From Eledone cirrhosa (taxonomy: Eukaryota): DNA of 64,000 bases. Positions 22,126 to 35,077 of the stretch are shown here, in pieces (the first letter of the stretch is position 1; each line of letters opens with the position of its first letter). The stretch covers positions 40,300,001 to 40,364,000 of the forward strand of contig OZ024750.1 in the NCBI GenBank assembly GCA_964016885.1, read 5' to 3'. Made by a program: the position numbers and the translations under genes. Under the pieces are notes generated by a model, which had not been told where the DNA came from, ran no database searches, and saw only the letters and a list, made by a program, of their open reading frames with translations.

Positions 22126-22272
22126 ATATTTATTAAAATAACAGATTAAAGTTTAAGCAAAGAATCGCTGCTTTCACCCTTAACGGGATCTTCTGAAACT
22201 CAAGAAGATTCCGTTAAGGGTGAAAGCAGCGATTCTTTGCTTAAACTTTAATCTGTTATTTTAATAAATATA
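22126..22272. repeat. Near-perfect long palindrome (about 70-bp arms)
   Basis: ATATTTATTAAAATAACAGATT...CCCTTAACGGGATCTTCT / AGAAGATTCCGTTAAGGG...AATCTGTTATTTTAATAAATAT. Confidence 0.9.
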
Positions 22273-22285
22273 TATATATAATACA

Positions 22286-22395
22286 TATATAGAAAGGATA
22301 AAAAGGACGATTGATTATCCCTTCATTGCATTTATTGATAGGTGATAAATGCAATAAAGGAATATACAATCATCCTTTTTATCCTTTCTATATAT
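22286..22395. repeat. Imperfect hairpin in TA context
   Basis: ATATAGAAAGGATAAAAAGGA...ATTGCATTTAT / ATAAATGCAAT...TCCTTTTTATCCTTTCTATAT. Confidence 0.8.
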
Positions 22396-22619
22396 TACAC
22401 TCTGTATAGCTCTACACATCATCACAGAAGTGAACCTAAACATCGAGTGCTCACCCGAGTGAACCTGCAGTAACTCCTAGTTACACCCACTGTATATAAT
22501 ATATATATATAGAAAAAGAAAGAGAAAAGGTGAAGTTGGAAATAGCACGGAAAATATGTTTTAGGGTCTGTTTTTCTTTTTTTTCCCTTTTTTTGATTCG
22601 TCGAAGATGAGAGAGTAAC

Positions 22620-23190
22620 TTCAGGTAAAACCACTACTTCTCTGAATTGAGAGACCATAGCTCTGATATTACGGACATGTGGTTAGAATGTCTCAGGAAA
22701 GAATCACTAGAGAGTCACTTCAGGTAGAGTTGCTACTTCTCTGAATTGAGAGACCACAGCTCTGATACTATGGATATGTGGTTAGAAATGCCACAGGAAA
22801 GAATAGCTGGACAGGTCTACCAAATATAAACAAAATCTTTGAGTACATGGAAGCTACAAAAAGATTCAACAACAGAAACTTCTAACTGTTTTACAGTTTC
22901 CCTTGTTTCTTCATAATCTGCCTCCCATTGGCCTTCAATATTTGAAATTTAATTTAAATTTTATTTTATTTTTTTCCCCTTAATCCTTTTGATTAAGGTA
23001 AAAACCAACCGGCAGGAGACCCAGAGGTAGAACCCCGAGCAAGATGGTTGGATAATATCCATGGGCTAGGCAGGTCATGTTCGGGGATCCAGCCAGATTA
23101 ATTGGAAACAGTTGCTTCTGACAGGACCCTTCTCTGGAAGGCATGCTTGAGGACTCTGCTTTTCACAACACTCCCAGAAATAAAGAGCTT
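22620..23190 (+). pseudogene. Decayed RTE-like LINE 3' fragment with an internal ~99-bp duplication
   Basis: Frameshifted YG(H/Y)VVRM.QER-like and KPTGRRPRGR..RWLDNI-like motifs typical of RTE C-termini. Confidence 0.5.
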
Positions 23191-23337
23191 ATCAGCAAAG
23201 TTTTTCAGACAATTATTTGATGGGCCGTCCACCACCGACCTTTTTTGAAAGATGGTAGAGGGCTGATTGAGGAGAATTTGGTTGCTATTTCTAGCAGGAT
23301 AAACGACTACGTGAATGGTCTTTTATTATCTCTGTCA

Positions 23338-23527
23338 GGCGGTGGATTGGCAGTATTGGAAGAGGGTCGGACGCCATGCTTTGATGCATAGAGTCACGGC
23401 CCTTGCCATTCTGAGTTCAAATCCCGCCGAGGTTAACTTTGCCTTTCATCCTTACGGGGTCGATAAAATAAAGTACCAGTAATGTACTGGGTTATTGCTG
23501 GCCTTGTGCCTAAAGTAGAAACAATTA
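23338..23527 (+). mobile_element. Full-length SINE family 1
   Basis: All SINE motifs present; flanking direct repeat ATTATCTCTGTC. Confidence 0.9.
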
Positions 23528-23599
23528 TCTCTGTCTGGCCACCCACATGCAGCGTCTATAACTAGGACAGACTGAGGAAAGAGAACAATATATATATAT

Positions 23600-23983
23600 G
23601 TGGGGGGAGAGGGTCTGTGTGTGTGGTGTGTGGTGTGTGTGTTGAGAGTGTGTGTGTGTGGTGTGTGGGTGGGTGTCTGGTGTGTGTATTGTGTGTGTGG
23701 GGGGGTAGTGTCTGTGTGTGGTGTGTGTGTGTGGGTGTCTGGTGTGTGTAGTGTGTGTGTGTGTGTGTGGTGTGGGTGTGCGTGGTGAGTGTGGAGTGTG
23801 TGTGTGTGTGGGTGTCTGGTGGGTGTAGTGTGTGTGTGTGTGGCGTGTGTGGTGTGTGGTGTGTGTGTATGTGTGGTGTGTGTTGTGTGGGTGTGTGTAG
23901 CGTGTCTGTGTGGGTGGGTGTGGTGTGTGGTGTGTGTGTGTGTGTGGTGTGTCTGAGTGTGTGTGTGGTGTGTGTGTGGTGTG

Positions 23984-24014
<31 letters not shown>

Positions 24015-24284
24015 TATATGTATGGGGTGTGTGTGTGTGTGTGTGGTGTGTGTGTATGTATATGTGTGTCTGTGTGATGTGTGGGTGTGTATATGTATAT
24101 ATATGTGTGTGTGTGTGTGTGTGCGTCTGTGTGTGTATGTATGTGTGTGTGTTAGAGAGTAATATAAGTTGTATGGTGCTGGATGTGATATCAAGTGGTA
24201 GTGGAATGAAGTTAGATGGTAGAATAGATTTTGATGGTGGTTGTATTGGTGGTGGTAGTAGTAGTAGTAGTAGTAATGGTGGTG

Positions 24285-24338
<54 letters not shown>

Positions 24339-24347
24339 ATGGTGGTG

Positions 24348-24401
<54 letters not shown>

Positions 24402-24410
24402 ATGGTGGTG

Positions 24411-24470
<60 letters not shown>

Positions 24471-24476
24471 ATGATG

Positions 24477-24507
<31 letters not shown>

Positions 24508-24572
24508 TGGTAGTAGTAGTAGTAGTAATGGTGGTAGTGGTAGTAGTAGTAGTAGTAGTAGTAATGGTGGTG

Positions 24573-24608
<36 letters not shown>

Positions 24609-24620
24609 GTAATGGTGGTG

Positions 24621-24680
<60 letters not shown>

Positions 24681-24686
24681 ATGATG

Positions 24687-24718
<32 letters not shown>

Positions 24719-24779
24719 AGTAGTAGTAGTAGTAGTAATGGTGGTAGTGGTAGTAGTAGTAGTAGTAGTAGTAATGGTG

Positions 24780-24826
<47 letters not shown>

Positions 24827-25062
24827 AGTGGTAGTAGTAGTAGTAGTGGTGGTAGTGGTAGTAGTAGTAGTAATGGTGGTAGTGGTAGTAGTAGTAGTAG
24901 TAGTAATGGTGGTAGTGGTAGTAGTAGTAGTTATTAGTAGTAGTAATGGTGGTGGTGGTAGTGGTAGTAGTAGTAGTTATTTGTAGTAGTAATGGTGGTA
25001 GTAGTAGTAGTAGTAGTAGTAATGGTGGTGGTGGTAGTAGTAGTAGTTATTAGTAGTAGTAA

Positions 25063-25120
<58 letters not shown>

Positions 25121-25196
25121 GCTGATGTTGGTAGTAGTAGTAGTTGTAGTAGTAGTGGTGATGGTGGTGGTGGTGGTAGTTGTAGTGGTGATGGTG

Positions 25197-25249
<53 letters not shown>

Positions 25250-25260
25250 TGTAGTAGTTG
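23600..25260. repeat. Compound simple repeats: GT-rich (23600-24152) and (AGT)n/(GGT)n (24230-25260)
   Basis: Direct inspection. Confidence 0.95.
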
Positions 25261-25371
25261 TGTCCTTCGTTTGTATTTTTATTTTTTTAAAATAATTTTT
25301 TAAAAGTTTCCTCTTGAAAAATTGTTTTACGTTTTGTTTTGTTTTGTTTCCGTTCTTCGTCTTGTCTCCAA

Positions 25372-26445
25372 GAGAGCTTTGGCCCGGGCAAACATCCCCT
25401 CAATCCAGAATTGATGGGAAAACATCTGACGGTCTTACCCTGTGCCCCTGGTCAAGAGGCAGGTGTCTTATCTGGGACCTCACAGTTAGTGCCTCTTTTG
25501 CTTCTTCCCAAATCCTGGATGCTGCGGTTAAGGCGAGAGTCACAGCTTCCGCAACCGAACGGAGCAAAATCCTAAAATACCGTGATCTGTCGGTTAACTA
25601 CATTTTCTAGCCTATAGCGTTCGAGACATTTGGGGGAGTCGGGCTACTGTCCGTGAGATTTTTATCTTCACTGAGGTAACTTCACTATCTAACAGAGGTA
25701 CCTGATGAAGCTCGTGAGGGCGCTTGGTTATTCCAGCACCTCAGCCTCGCCATCCTCCGAGCTAACGATGCGAGCGTGCTGGCTTGCCTAAAAAAATCAT
25801 TAGAGAGGTTTTTCAGTGTTCCTCGCGTTACTGTTATCTTTTACTCTGGTAGTAGCTCGTTTGCCCACCCCTTTCGCCCGCCTTTCGTTGTATGTGGTCC
25901 CAGATGTATGTATTACCTGCTTGTGTGTTGTATGTGGTCCTAGATGTGTGTATTACCTGCTTGTGTGTTGTATGTGGTCCTAGATGTATGTATTACCTTC
26001 TTGTGTGTTGTATGTGGTCCTAGATGTGTGTATTACTTGCTTGTGTGTTGTATGTGGTCCTAGATGTGTGTATTACCTGCTTGTGTGTTGTATGTGGTCC
26101 TAGATGTGTGTATTACTTGCTTGTGTGTTGTATGTGGTCCTAGATGTGTGTATTACTTGCTTGTGTGTTGTATGTGGTCCTAAATGTGTGTATTACTTTC
26201 TTGTGTGTTGTATGTGGTCCTAGATGTGTGTATTACTTGCTTGTGTGTTGTATGTGGTCCTAGATGTGTGTATTACCTGCTTGTGTGTTGTATGTGGTCC
26301 TAGATGTATGTATTACCTGCTTGTGTGTTGTATGTGGTCCTAGATGTGTGTATTACCTACTTTGTATGTATTATATGCGTTTGTCTTTTCGTTCTGTAAT
26401 CATTATATTATTATATTTTTTATTCAACTGTGAATAAAAGATTTT
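25372..26445 (+). pseudogene. 5'-truncated CRE-like retrotransposon 3' end (RLE endonuclease) with 3' UTR
   Basis: RIDGKTSDGLTLCPWSRGRCLIWDLTV...KILKYRDL...F*PIAFETFGG...LFQHLSLAILRAN resembles the CRE-clade RLE C-terminus; in-frame stops; AATAAA near 26433. Confidence 0.7.
25887..26358. repeat. 40-bp minisatellite, about 12 copies
   Basis: Unit TATGTGGTCCTAGATGTGTGTATTACCTGCTTGTGTGTTG. Confidence 0.95.
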
Positions 26446-26761
26446 CAATTAATATAATAGATAGATACACGTACTTCAACGATGACAACTGACAACTTGA
26501 TAATATCAAAAGTAATATCGGTTGTCGTTATTGTTTAATTCAAAGTCAGCTCTGATTGAAATACATTTATGATCAAAAGTTTCCATCTTGTAGCCATAAT
26601 GACTACATTATCCTATATAACTGTTTCGTTTCTTAAGATGCTAGGGTGTATGTGTGTGTGTTTGTGTGATTTGAGAAATATTTGTCTGTTATTTATAGCA
26701 GGTTGAGTGATCATGTAGCTGTAGTGTAGTCATGGGCAATCAGCAATTATTATTATTATCA

Positions 26762-26963
26762 GGGCGGTGGATTGGCAGTATCGGTAGAGGGTTGGATGCC
26801 ATGCTTTGATGCATAGAGTTACGATCCTTGCCATTCTGAGTTCAAATCCCGCCGAGGTAAACTTTGCCTTTCATCCTTACGGGGTCGATAAAATAAAGTA
26901 CCAGTAATGTACTGGGTAATTGTGGTCTTGTGCCAAAAGTAGAAACAATTATTATTATTATTA
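26762..26963 (+). mobile_element. Full-length SINE family 1 with (ATT)n tail
   Basis: SINE motifs; preceded and followed by (ATT)n. Confidence 0.9.
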
Positions 26964-27227
26964 TATAGTGCGGCTCACCTTTATGTATGACGAAACATAT
27001 CTCATATATATATATTATATACGCGTTCAGAGATAGCTGTCGTAACGGCTGGAGTTCAGCCGTTGGGGTCCTGACTCTTTTCCTGTTACCCACTCTACTA
27101 CCCATAGTATCGAGTACTCTGGTGCGTTATGGTCCACCTGGTTCCTTACCACACTTCCTTCGTTATATATATATTATATATATATGAGATATGGTTCGTC
27201 ATACATAAGGGTGAGCCGCACTATATA
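26964..27227. mobile_element. Family P fragment (27021-27164) bracketed by ~45-bp inverted repeats
   Basis: TATAGTGCGGCTCACC...CATATCTCATATA and its reverse complement TATATGAGATATG...GGTGAGCCGCACTATA. Confidence 0.75.
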
Positions 27228-27335
27228 TAAATATACATCTCACTGCTGGAATTAGATTGCCCATGCCTATATAGTGCCTCCCTTACTACGAGGGAACTAC
27301 AAACAGAACTTATCGAGGTTATATAGTCCTCTTAA

Positions 27336-27522
27336 GGGCGGTGGATTGGCAGTATCGGTAGAGGGTCGGACGCCATGCTTTGACGTATAGAGTTACGGCC
27401 CTTGCCATTCTGAGTTCAAATCCCGCCGAGGTTAACTTTGCCTTTCATCCTTACGAGGTCGATAAAATAAAGTACCAGTAATGCACTGGGTAATAGCTGG
27501 CCTTGTGCCAAAAGTAGAAACA
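27336..27522 (+). mobile_element. Full-length SINE family 1
   Basis: 16-bp TSD GTTATATAGTCCTCTT (27318-27333, 27523-27538). Confidence 0.92.
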
Positions 27523-27894
27523 GTTATATAGTCCTCTTCTCTCTCATGTATGTGGTATAGTGGTTAAGAACCTCTAGACTCGAGACAAACTCCCACAAAA
27601 GAATAACAACAAAATGGCCGTCAGTCTGGCTGACATATGTTGTAAACTATCTTTTGTCTGTTTTAAGAAAATGGAGGAAAATAAGATGAAAGGAAAACAG
27701 TGAGAGTAGAAAATTGAAGGGAACAGAAGAGGTTGAGAACAATAGACATACAGTGTAGTAAAGGGGGTATAGATAGTGCTGGGGGTTAGTAATAGTGGTA
27801 GTAGATTAAATAAGGGAGATTAATAGATAAATGGATTATTTTAAGGGGTTATAGTTTTGAATATGTATCAGACCCCTTAGCAAATAAACTGAAA

Positions 27895-28612
27895 TTGTTG
27901 TTGTGGTGGTGGTTGTTGTTGTTGTTGTTTTGATGGTTGTTGTTTTTTTGGTTGTTGTTGTTGTGGTGGTAGTGGTGGGGGTTGTTTTGATGGTTGTTGT
28001 TGTCTTGGTTGTTGTTGTGGTGGTGGTGGTTGTTTTGATGGTTGCTGTTGTTTTGGTTGTTGTTGTTGTGGTGGTGGTTGTTTTGATGGTTGTTGTTGTC
28101 TTGGTTGTTGTTGTGGTAGTGGTGGTGGTGGTTGTTTTGATGGTTGTTGTTGTCTTGGTTGTTGTTGTTGTTGTGGTGGTGGTTGTTGTTTTGGTTGTTG
28201 TTGTTGTGGTGGTGGTGGTGGGGTTGTTTTGATGGTTGTTGTGGTTGTGGTGGTTGTTGTTGTTGTTTTGGTTGTTGTTGTTGTGGTGGTTGTTGTGGTG
28301 GTGGTGGTGGTCGTTGTTGTTGTTGTTATTTGGGTGGTTGTTGTGGTGGGGGTTGTTTTGATGGTTGTTGTTGTCTTGGTTGTTGTTGTGGTGGTGGTGG
28401 TCGTTGTTGTTGTTCTTGTTTTTACTTTGGTGGTTGTTGTGGTGGTGGTGGGGGTTGTTTTGATGGTTGTTGTTGTCTTGGTTGTTGTTGTGGTTATGGT
28501 TGTTTTGATGGTTGTTGTTGTTTTGGTTGTTGTTGTGGTGGTGGTGGGGGTTGTTTTGATGATTGTTATGATGGTGGTCGTGGTTGTTGTTGTTGTTGTT
28601 GGTGGTGGTGGT
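27895..28612. repeat. (GTT)n/(GGT)n compound microsatellite
   Basis: Direct inspection; recurring TTTTGATGGTTG submotif. Confidence 0.95.
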
Positions 28613-28618
28613 ATTTTT

Positions 28619-28811
28619 TAGGCCTGTTAACTCTCCCGCCCGACGAGGGGGGAGGGAGATCTCTCACCAACTTTAGGGTGGATAAGAGATGTCTTCTCTT
28701 GTAAAAACGGGTATAGCTTTCATTATGTAAAATTGGCCACATCTTCTCCCCGTTTTGGGGTACTTTTTTTATGGTGCCCCCCATTTGGGTCTTTAGAAGT
28801 TGGCAGGTCTG
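28619..28811. mobile_element. Putative small MITE
   Basis: Imperfect TIR TAGGCCTGTTAACT / AGTTGGCAGGTCTG. Confidence 0.4.
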
Positions 28812-29227
28812 TGAATACCATAAATAATATTCTCTAAAATATTCTCAATTCTCTGCAGTTTTCCTCTTAGAAAGAAAACAAAGTCCAACAGCAATTGGTA
28901 GCAATTTTCAAGAGAAAGGGAGATATTTCAAGAAATTATTTTTCAAAGTAAATTTACATGCTTAGGAGAAAAAAAAATGCAATCTTTTTTTGCAGTCAAA
29001 TTTCAATTATGGGCATGTTTCAGTCTATTGGACCTCATCAAGATAGTTTAGTGTAAGCAATCTTGAGAAGTCGACAGAGATCTTTACATAGAGAAAAAGA
29101 GTTATGTATGATTTTTTTTACCAGTATAATTTGCATAATTAGAACACAAAATTTGCATAATTAAAAACACAAAACAGCTAAGAGAAATAACTCAAATGAG
29201 CCAGTGGCATGTATTTGGATAATTATA

Positions 29228-29365
29228 TTAACCCTTTCAGTACCATATTTCTAATGAAAGACACTGTCTATGTCTTTAATCCTTTCATTACCATATTTCT
29301 AACGAAAGACACTGTCTATGTTTTAACCCCTTCATTACCATAGTTCTAATGAAAGACGCTGTCTA
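29228..29365 (+). repeat. Triplicated ~47-bp TTAA-CCCTTTC terminus of a second piggyBac-like MITE
   Basis: TTAACCCTTTCAGTACCATATTTCTAATGAAAGACACTGTCTATG occurs three times with variants. Confidence 0.6.
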
Positions 29366-30282
29366 TTATTTTCAAATAGTTTTGAAAATAATCAAGAATT
29401 TGGAGAGATTTGGTAAAACGACAAATTTCTTCGTTGTTTATTTAGTGTCTGGTTCCTGTCAGGAAGCACCATTTTTAACGCCTAATAACAAATGGTTTCG
29501 TCTTGAAACATTTTGAACATGTGAAACATGTGACATGATTTTTGACCAATCAGAAGACAACTTTTAGCTTCAAAGCTGTAATAAATATAACTCCTTTTTT
29601 TATCTTATTTAGTATGGAACAGAATATACCGTATTTAACGGCCTATAAAACACTCTATTTTAAAAAAATGTCCCAGAAAATTACCCTGTGTCTTATAAAG
29701 TCAGGGGCCAGTTTGGGTTACTAGCAAGTGGAGTTCTAGTACTGCAGTGGCTCTGCAAATGTAAACAAGGTGGTGATCGCTTCTACACCAACAATGGTAA
29801 CTCTTGTCCAAAGAAAAAAAATACAATTTTAATAAATTTTATGAATGAAATAAATTTATTTTCACTTTCTTTTGTCACTGACTAGTGGAGTTCAAGTGCT
29901 GCAGTGGCCTTTAAATTAAACCGCAAACATATCCGTTTATATAAATCATCATCATCACCATCATCATAATCATCATCATCGTTTCAACGTCCCTTTTAAC
30001 GTCCACTTTCCCAGTACAGTGTACACTGGGTGCGTTTTTCTTGTAGGTCACCTCACCAACACTAGGAAGGCTATCATGTCCTTGACACAACTAAAGTGCC
30101 CTCCCAGCCATTGGTTTTAGCAAGTTTTCTATCACCAACCACTTTACAGCGTGTACGAGGTGGGTTTATCGTGTAAATCACAAAACACGGGAAACTGTCA
30201 TGTCCTTGACACGACTGAAAAGTCTTCTTACCCTTTGTTTGGCAAGGACTCTACGGCTAGATGCCCTTCCCATCACCAACCA

Positions 30283-30314
<32 letters not shown>

Positions 30315-30419
30315 CTTTGATGATTGTATTTATTTACTCAATTATATTAGCTTCTTTGGGCGTTTTGAAAAATAATAATTATTATGATTGAATTATGTAG
30401 TCGAATGTATAGTCTTGTA

Positions 30420-30453
30420 CCTCTCTCTCTCTCTGTCTCTCTCTCAACACACA

Positions 30454-30541
<88 letters not shown>

Positions 30542-30557
30542 TGTGTGTGTGTGTGTG
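30420..30557. repeat. (CT)n-(CA)n-(GT)n microsatellite
   Basis: Direct inspection. Confidence 0.95.
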
Positions 30558-31131
30558 TTGTGTAACAAATAGTTTATCACTCTACATGGCTGAATACAAT
30601 AAATGTAATCTGAGTTTTTCGAATATTAATAATATTCGATTCGTTTGCAATTATGCAAACATGCCTCATTTTTAAAGTAGTAGTAGTAGTAAAGCCATGT
30701 CAGTAGAATGAGCCCCTCATTCTTGCTCTTGTGTTGGCATGTAGATAGAACTGTAGACACTAATGTTTCTGGGTGATTACCCTTAATCAGTACAGTATGT
30801 TGCTTACCTGCCAACTGTGAGAGCTAGTGAATATATATGATATTTTCTAAAATATACAGTGACTGATCAGCCTGATTTTTATATTAGCAGATTATCTGAT
30901 CAGTCTGATCTGCATATTAGCAGATTATCTGATCAGTCTGATCTGCATATACATCAGTGTGACATATATATCGGTCTTATAGACTATTTACTAATTGGTA
31001 GCTGGGGCTGCTTGTTTAACCCCAATCAGTAAACCATAGTGTATCTTAGAAAAAGTACCCAACGTCCATTGTATCTTTTCAATTCTGATGTGGTATTGTA
31101 TGGGCAGTAAAAGTCGGAACTTACATAAGAT

Positions 31132-31516
31132 AATAATTGTTTCTACTTTTTTGGCACAAGGCCAGCAATTACCCAGTACATTACTGGTACTTTATTTTAT
31201 CGACCCCGTAAGGATGAAAGGCAAAGTTAACCTCGGCGGGATTTGAACTCAAACCGTAAATGGACGTAACTATGCTGGAAAACATGGCGTCCAAGATAAC
31301 AATGGTTTCTGATTTAAGCACAGGCCAGCAAATTTGAGGCGAGGGAAAAGACAATTAAATCGACCCAAGTGCATTACTGGTACTTCATTTTATCGATCTC
31401 ATAAGGATGAAAGACGACAAAGCTAACTTCGGCGGGATTTGAATTCAGAACGTAAAGGGCCACAACTATATGCCACAAAGCATGTTGTCCGATGCTTCAC
31501 CGATACTGCCAATCCA
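31132..31516 (-). mobile_element. Two SINE family 1 copies
   Basis: Reverse-complement SINE motifs (GGATGAAAG...CGGCGGGATTTGAA) occur twice. Confidence 0.85.
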
Positions 31517-31547
31517 ACTCTGTCATAAATGTGTGTATGTGTGTAAA

Positions 31548-31587
<40 letters not shown>

Positions 31588-31618
31588 CACACACACACAG
31601 TCACACACACACACACAG

Positions 31619-31690
<72 letters not shown>

Positions 31691-31720
31691 GGAAGTAGAA
31701 GGAACATTATTGTGTAAAAA

Positions 31721-32297
31721 GGCGGTGGATTGGCAGTATCGGTAGAGGGTCGGACGCCAGGCTTTGCAGCATAGAGTTACGGCCCTTTATGATCTGAGTT
31801 CAAATCCCGCCGAGGTTAACTTTGCCTTTCATCCTTACGTTGTCGATGAAATAAAGTACCAGTCACGCACTGGGGTCAATTTAATCGATTTTACCTTCCC
31901 CCAAAATTGCTGGCTTTGTGCCTATATAAGAAACCATTATTGTGTAAAAAGTTACGTCCCTTTACGGTCTGAGTTCAAATCCCGCCGAGGTTGACTTTGC
32001 CTTTCATCCTTACGGGGTCGATAAAATAAAGTACCAGTAATGCACTGGGGTAATGGCTGGCCTTGTGCCTAAAGTAGAAACAATTATTGTGTAAAAAGTT
32101 GGATTGGCGGTGGATTGGCAGTATCGGTAGAGGGTCGGACGCCATGCTTTGACGTATAGAGTTACGGCCCTTGCCATTCTGAGTTCAAATCCCGCCGAGG
32201 TTAACTTTGCCTTTCATCCTTACGGGGTCGATAAAATAAAGTACCAGTAATAGACTGGGTAATTGCTGGCCTTGTGCCAAAAGTAGAAACAATTATT
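31721..32297 (+). mobile_element. Three tandem SINE family 1 copies
   Basis: 31721-31935, 31951-32082 (truncated) and 32106-32291, each bounded by ATTATTGTGTAAAAA. Confidence 0.9.
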
Positions 32298-32337
32298 GTG
32301 TAAAAAGTTGGGGAGCACCACTAACGATCTTCTAGGT

Positions 32338-33017
32338 CCTAGGTTCTCAAACTGGGCTCTACCACCCCCACCCCAGGTGGTGCTGGGGCCTCAGGTGCCT
32401 GTGGGGGAGGTAGAGATGATATAAAAGTATATTAAATATCAAATGATACATATTACATATAAATATAGTAAAATAAAAAAATACATATTTATTTATATAT
32501 AGTATATATTATATTATTTATTATATATAAATTAACGATTTTATTTATTATATATTATTTACAATTTGGGTGTAGGTAGGTCTCTCTGGAAATAGGGGTA
32601 GGGGGACTGGGGGGTATTATGTGGCTGTGAGGGGTGGGGGGGCGCTGAGGGCAGTACGTGGTCGTGGGGGAGGTAGTACCGTGTCGTGAGGGGGGTAGTA
32701 GGTGGTCGTGAGAGGTGGGCGTTGAGGGTAGTACGTGGCCGTGAGGGTGGGTGGGGGTACGTGGTCGTGAGGAGGGGGGAGCTGAGGGTAGTACGTGGTC
32801 GTGAGAAGGGGGGCGCTGAGGCTAGTAGGTGGTCGTGAGAAGGGGGGAGCTGAGGGTAGTACGTGGTCGTGAGAAGGGGGGCGCTGAGGCTAGTAGGTGG
32901 TCGTGAGAAGGGGGGAAGGGGGGAGCTGAGGCTAGTAGGTGGTCGTGAGAAGGGGGGAGCTGAGGGTAGTACGTGGTCGTGAGGGAGGGGTTCATTCAAA
33001 AAGTTTGAGAAGCTCTG
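32338..33017 (-). mobile_element. hAT-type MITE (same family as 12301) with internal G-rich minisatellite (32640-32985)
   Basis: AGGTTCTCAAAC / GTTTGAGAAGCTCTG ends; TSD TTCTAGGT / TTGTAGGT; shared internal TAGGTAGGTCTCTCTGGAAATA. Confidence 0.8.
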
Positions 33018-33398
33018 TTGTAGGTATTGAGACATCAATATTTAGGAGGTGAGAATTAAATGGTCTGTGTGTAGTGTGTAGTGTGCTATGATTACTGGCT
33101 TGTTTACAGATGATGGTGGATAAGTATGGCTAACAATTAACTAAATACTGTACTTACAATGTCAATCTCCTCGTGTATGTATGGTGTATGTATGTATGTA
33201 TGTTAAAATGTATGTATGTGTGTGAGTATGTGTGCATGTATGTTTGTGTGTATGTATGTATGTTAAAATGTATGTATGTGTGTATGTATGAATGTATGTT
33301 TGTGTGTATGTATGTGGGTATGTATGTATGTTAAAATGTATGTATGTGTGTATGTATGTTTGTGTGTATGTATGTATGTATGTATGTATGTTAAAATG

Positions 33399-33429
<31 letters not shown>

Positions 33430-33581
33430 ATGTATGTATGTGTGTATGTATGTGTGTGTGTATGTATGTTAAAAGGTATGTATGTATGTGTGTATGTATG
33501 TATGTATGTGTGTATGTATGTATGTATGTATGTTAAAATGTATGTATGTGTGTATGTATGTATGTATGTGTGTATGTATGT

Positions 33582-34680
33582 TATCTCTTTCTCTTAATTT
33601 CGAGTATATTTTTTTGACCAGCCACTTCCTGGTGGCAAGGTTGTAAAAGAAAAGAAATTGTCATCCCTTGAATCGCAAGAATGTTTTGCAAATTTTGAAG
33701 GTGCCAGCTATCGCAGCCATTTGTAGACTATGAATTAGGGAGCTGCGCTCTTTGTCCGCAAATCCAAGTTCAGTTATACATTGGTCCAAGCGGGTTGGTA
33801 TATAACCCGTAGCTCCAATAATGATGGGTATGAAGCTAAAGGTGTATCTTGGATACTGGATTTGTAAACTCCTCATCAATGGTCCATAGATGTCCTCCTT
33901 CTGTATTTTTCTGACAACGTTTACATCAAGTGGGCAGCTGATCTCCACAACAGAACACGTTTTCAATGTGTGGTCCCAAACAACAATATCAGGCAGGTTG
34001 TGTTTTAATTTGGTGGCAGTTTTTATTTTCAGGTTCCACCAGTATTCCTTAGTGCGATCTGTCTCAATATATTCTTCCTCGTTTGTTGTTAATTTTGTTT
34101 TCCGAAGTGCGTTCCAGATGGTTCTAGCTATCCCATCGTGTCTCATGGGGAGGTAGTAGCGAGATAACATTCTTTCGCAGCTGGCAACAATGTGGCTTAC
34201 ATCTTCGATCTTTGTTTTACATAGCCTACATTTATTGTCAGCTGATGGCCCTCCTCTTTTGTGCAGCAGATATTTGGTAGGGAGTTCTTGTTTCTGTATT
34301 GCATAGTGATATGCCTCAAGGTGTGATGTCATAAACTTGTCGGAACTCCATGCCAGGTTTTTGAGTGGTTTATCCCCTCTATGGTCTGTGTTTTACATCT
34401 CGAGTATCCATGCACAACTTTTTCTGTAAATTGGTCAATTTTTTCATTTTGTTTGAACATTGAATAGGATCTTCCGATTTCTCTGGGTGAGAGATTTATA
34501 TGATGCTTTATTCCATATCTCTCCTCCAGATCAGTCGCTATCCTAATGATATTTTTTTCTTCATGCTCATAAACCTGGGCAAGATGGTTGCCAACCTTTT
34601 TCCTCTGTTGAAGATGTTGCTTCAGTGTTACTATCCGGGTCTCATATGATGTTAATATGGATTTTAGACCCTGGCCACCT
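33582..34680 (-). pseudogene. 5'-truncated R4/Dong-like retrotransposon (CCHC + RLE), ORF remnant 33661-34332
   Basis: AIQKQELPT, CRLCKTKIEDVSHIVASC, Y..RHD, PDIVVWD..VEISCP, IPIIIGATG; flanked by (TATG)n-rich DNA. Confidence 0.85.
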
Positions 34681-34786
34681 TCCTATGTATGTATGTGTGT
34701 ATATATATGTATGTATGTATGTTAAAATGTATATGTGTGTATATATGTATGTATGTGTGTATGTATGTATGTGTATATGTATGTAT

Positions 34787-34966
34787 GTTTCTCTTTCTCT
34801 TAATTTTGAGTACAATTTTGACCGGCCACCTTCCTGGTGGCAAGGTTGTAAAAGAAAAGAAATTGTCATCTCTTGAATCGCAAGAATGTTTTGCAAATTT
34901 TGAAGGTGCCAGCTATCGCAGCCATTTGTTGTCTATGAATTAGGGAGCTGCGCTCTTTGTCCACAA
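34787..34966 (-). mobile_element. Second short 3' fragment of the same R4/Dong-like family
   Basis: Near copy of 33584-33762, again between (TATG)n tracts. Confidence 0.85.
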
Positions 34967-35077
34967 ACATGTATGTATGTTAAAATATATGTATGTATAT
35001 ATGTGTGTATGTATGAATGTATGTATGTATGTAAGCATGTATGTATGTATGTATGTATATATGTATGTATATATGTA

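Noticed and set aside
23562-28704. Poly-Val, Gly/Ser, His/Thr and Cys-rich ORFs (also 44948-46299, 56978-58049)
   Set aside because: Translations of micro- and minisatellites.
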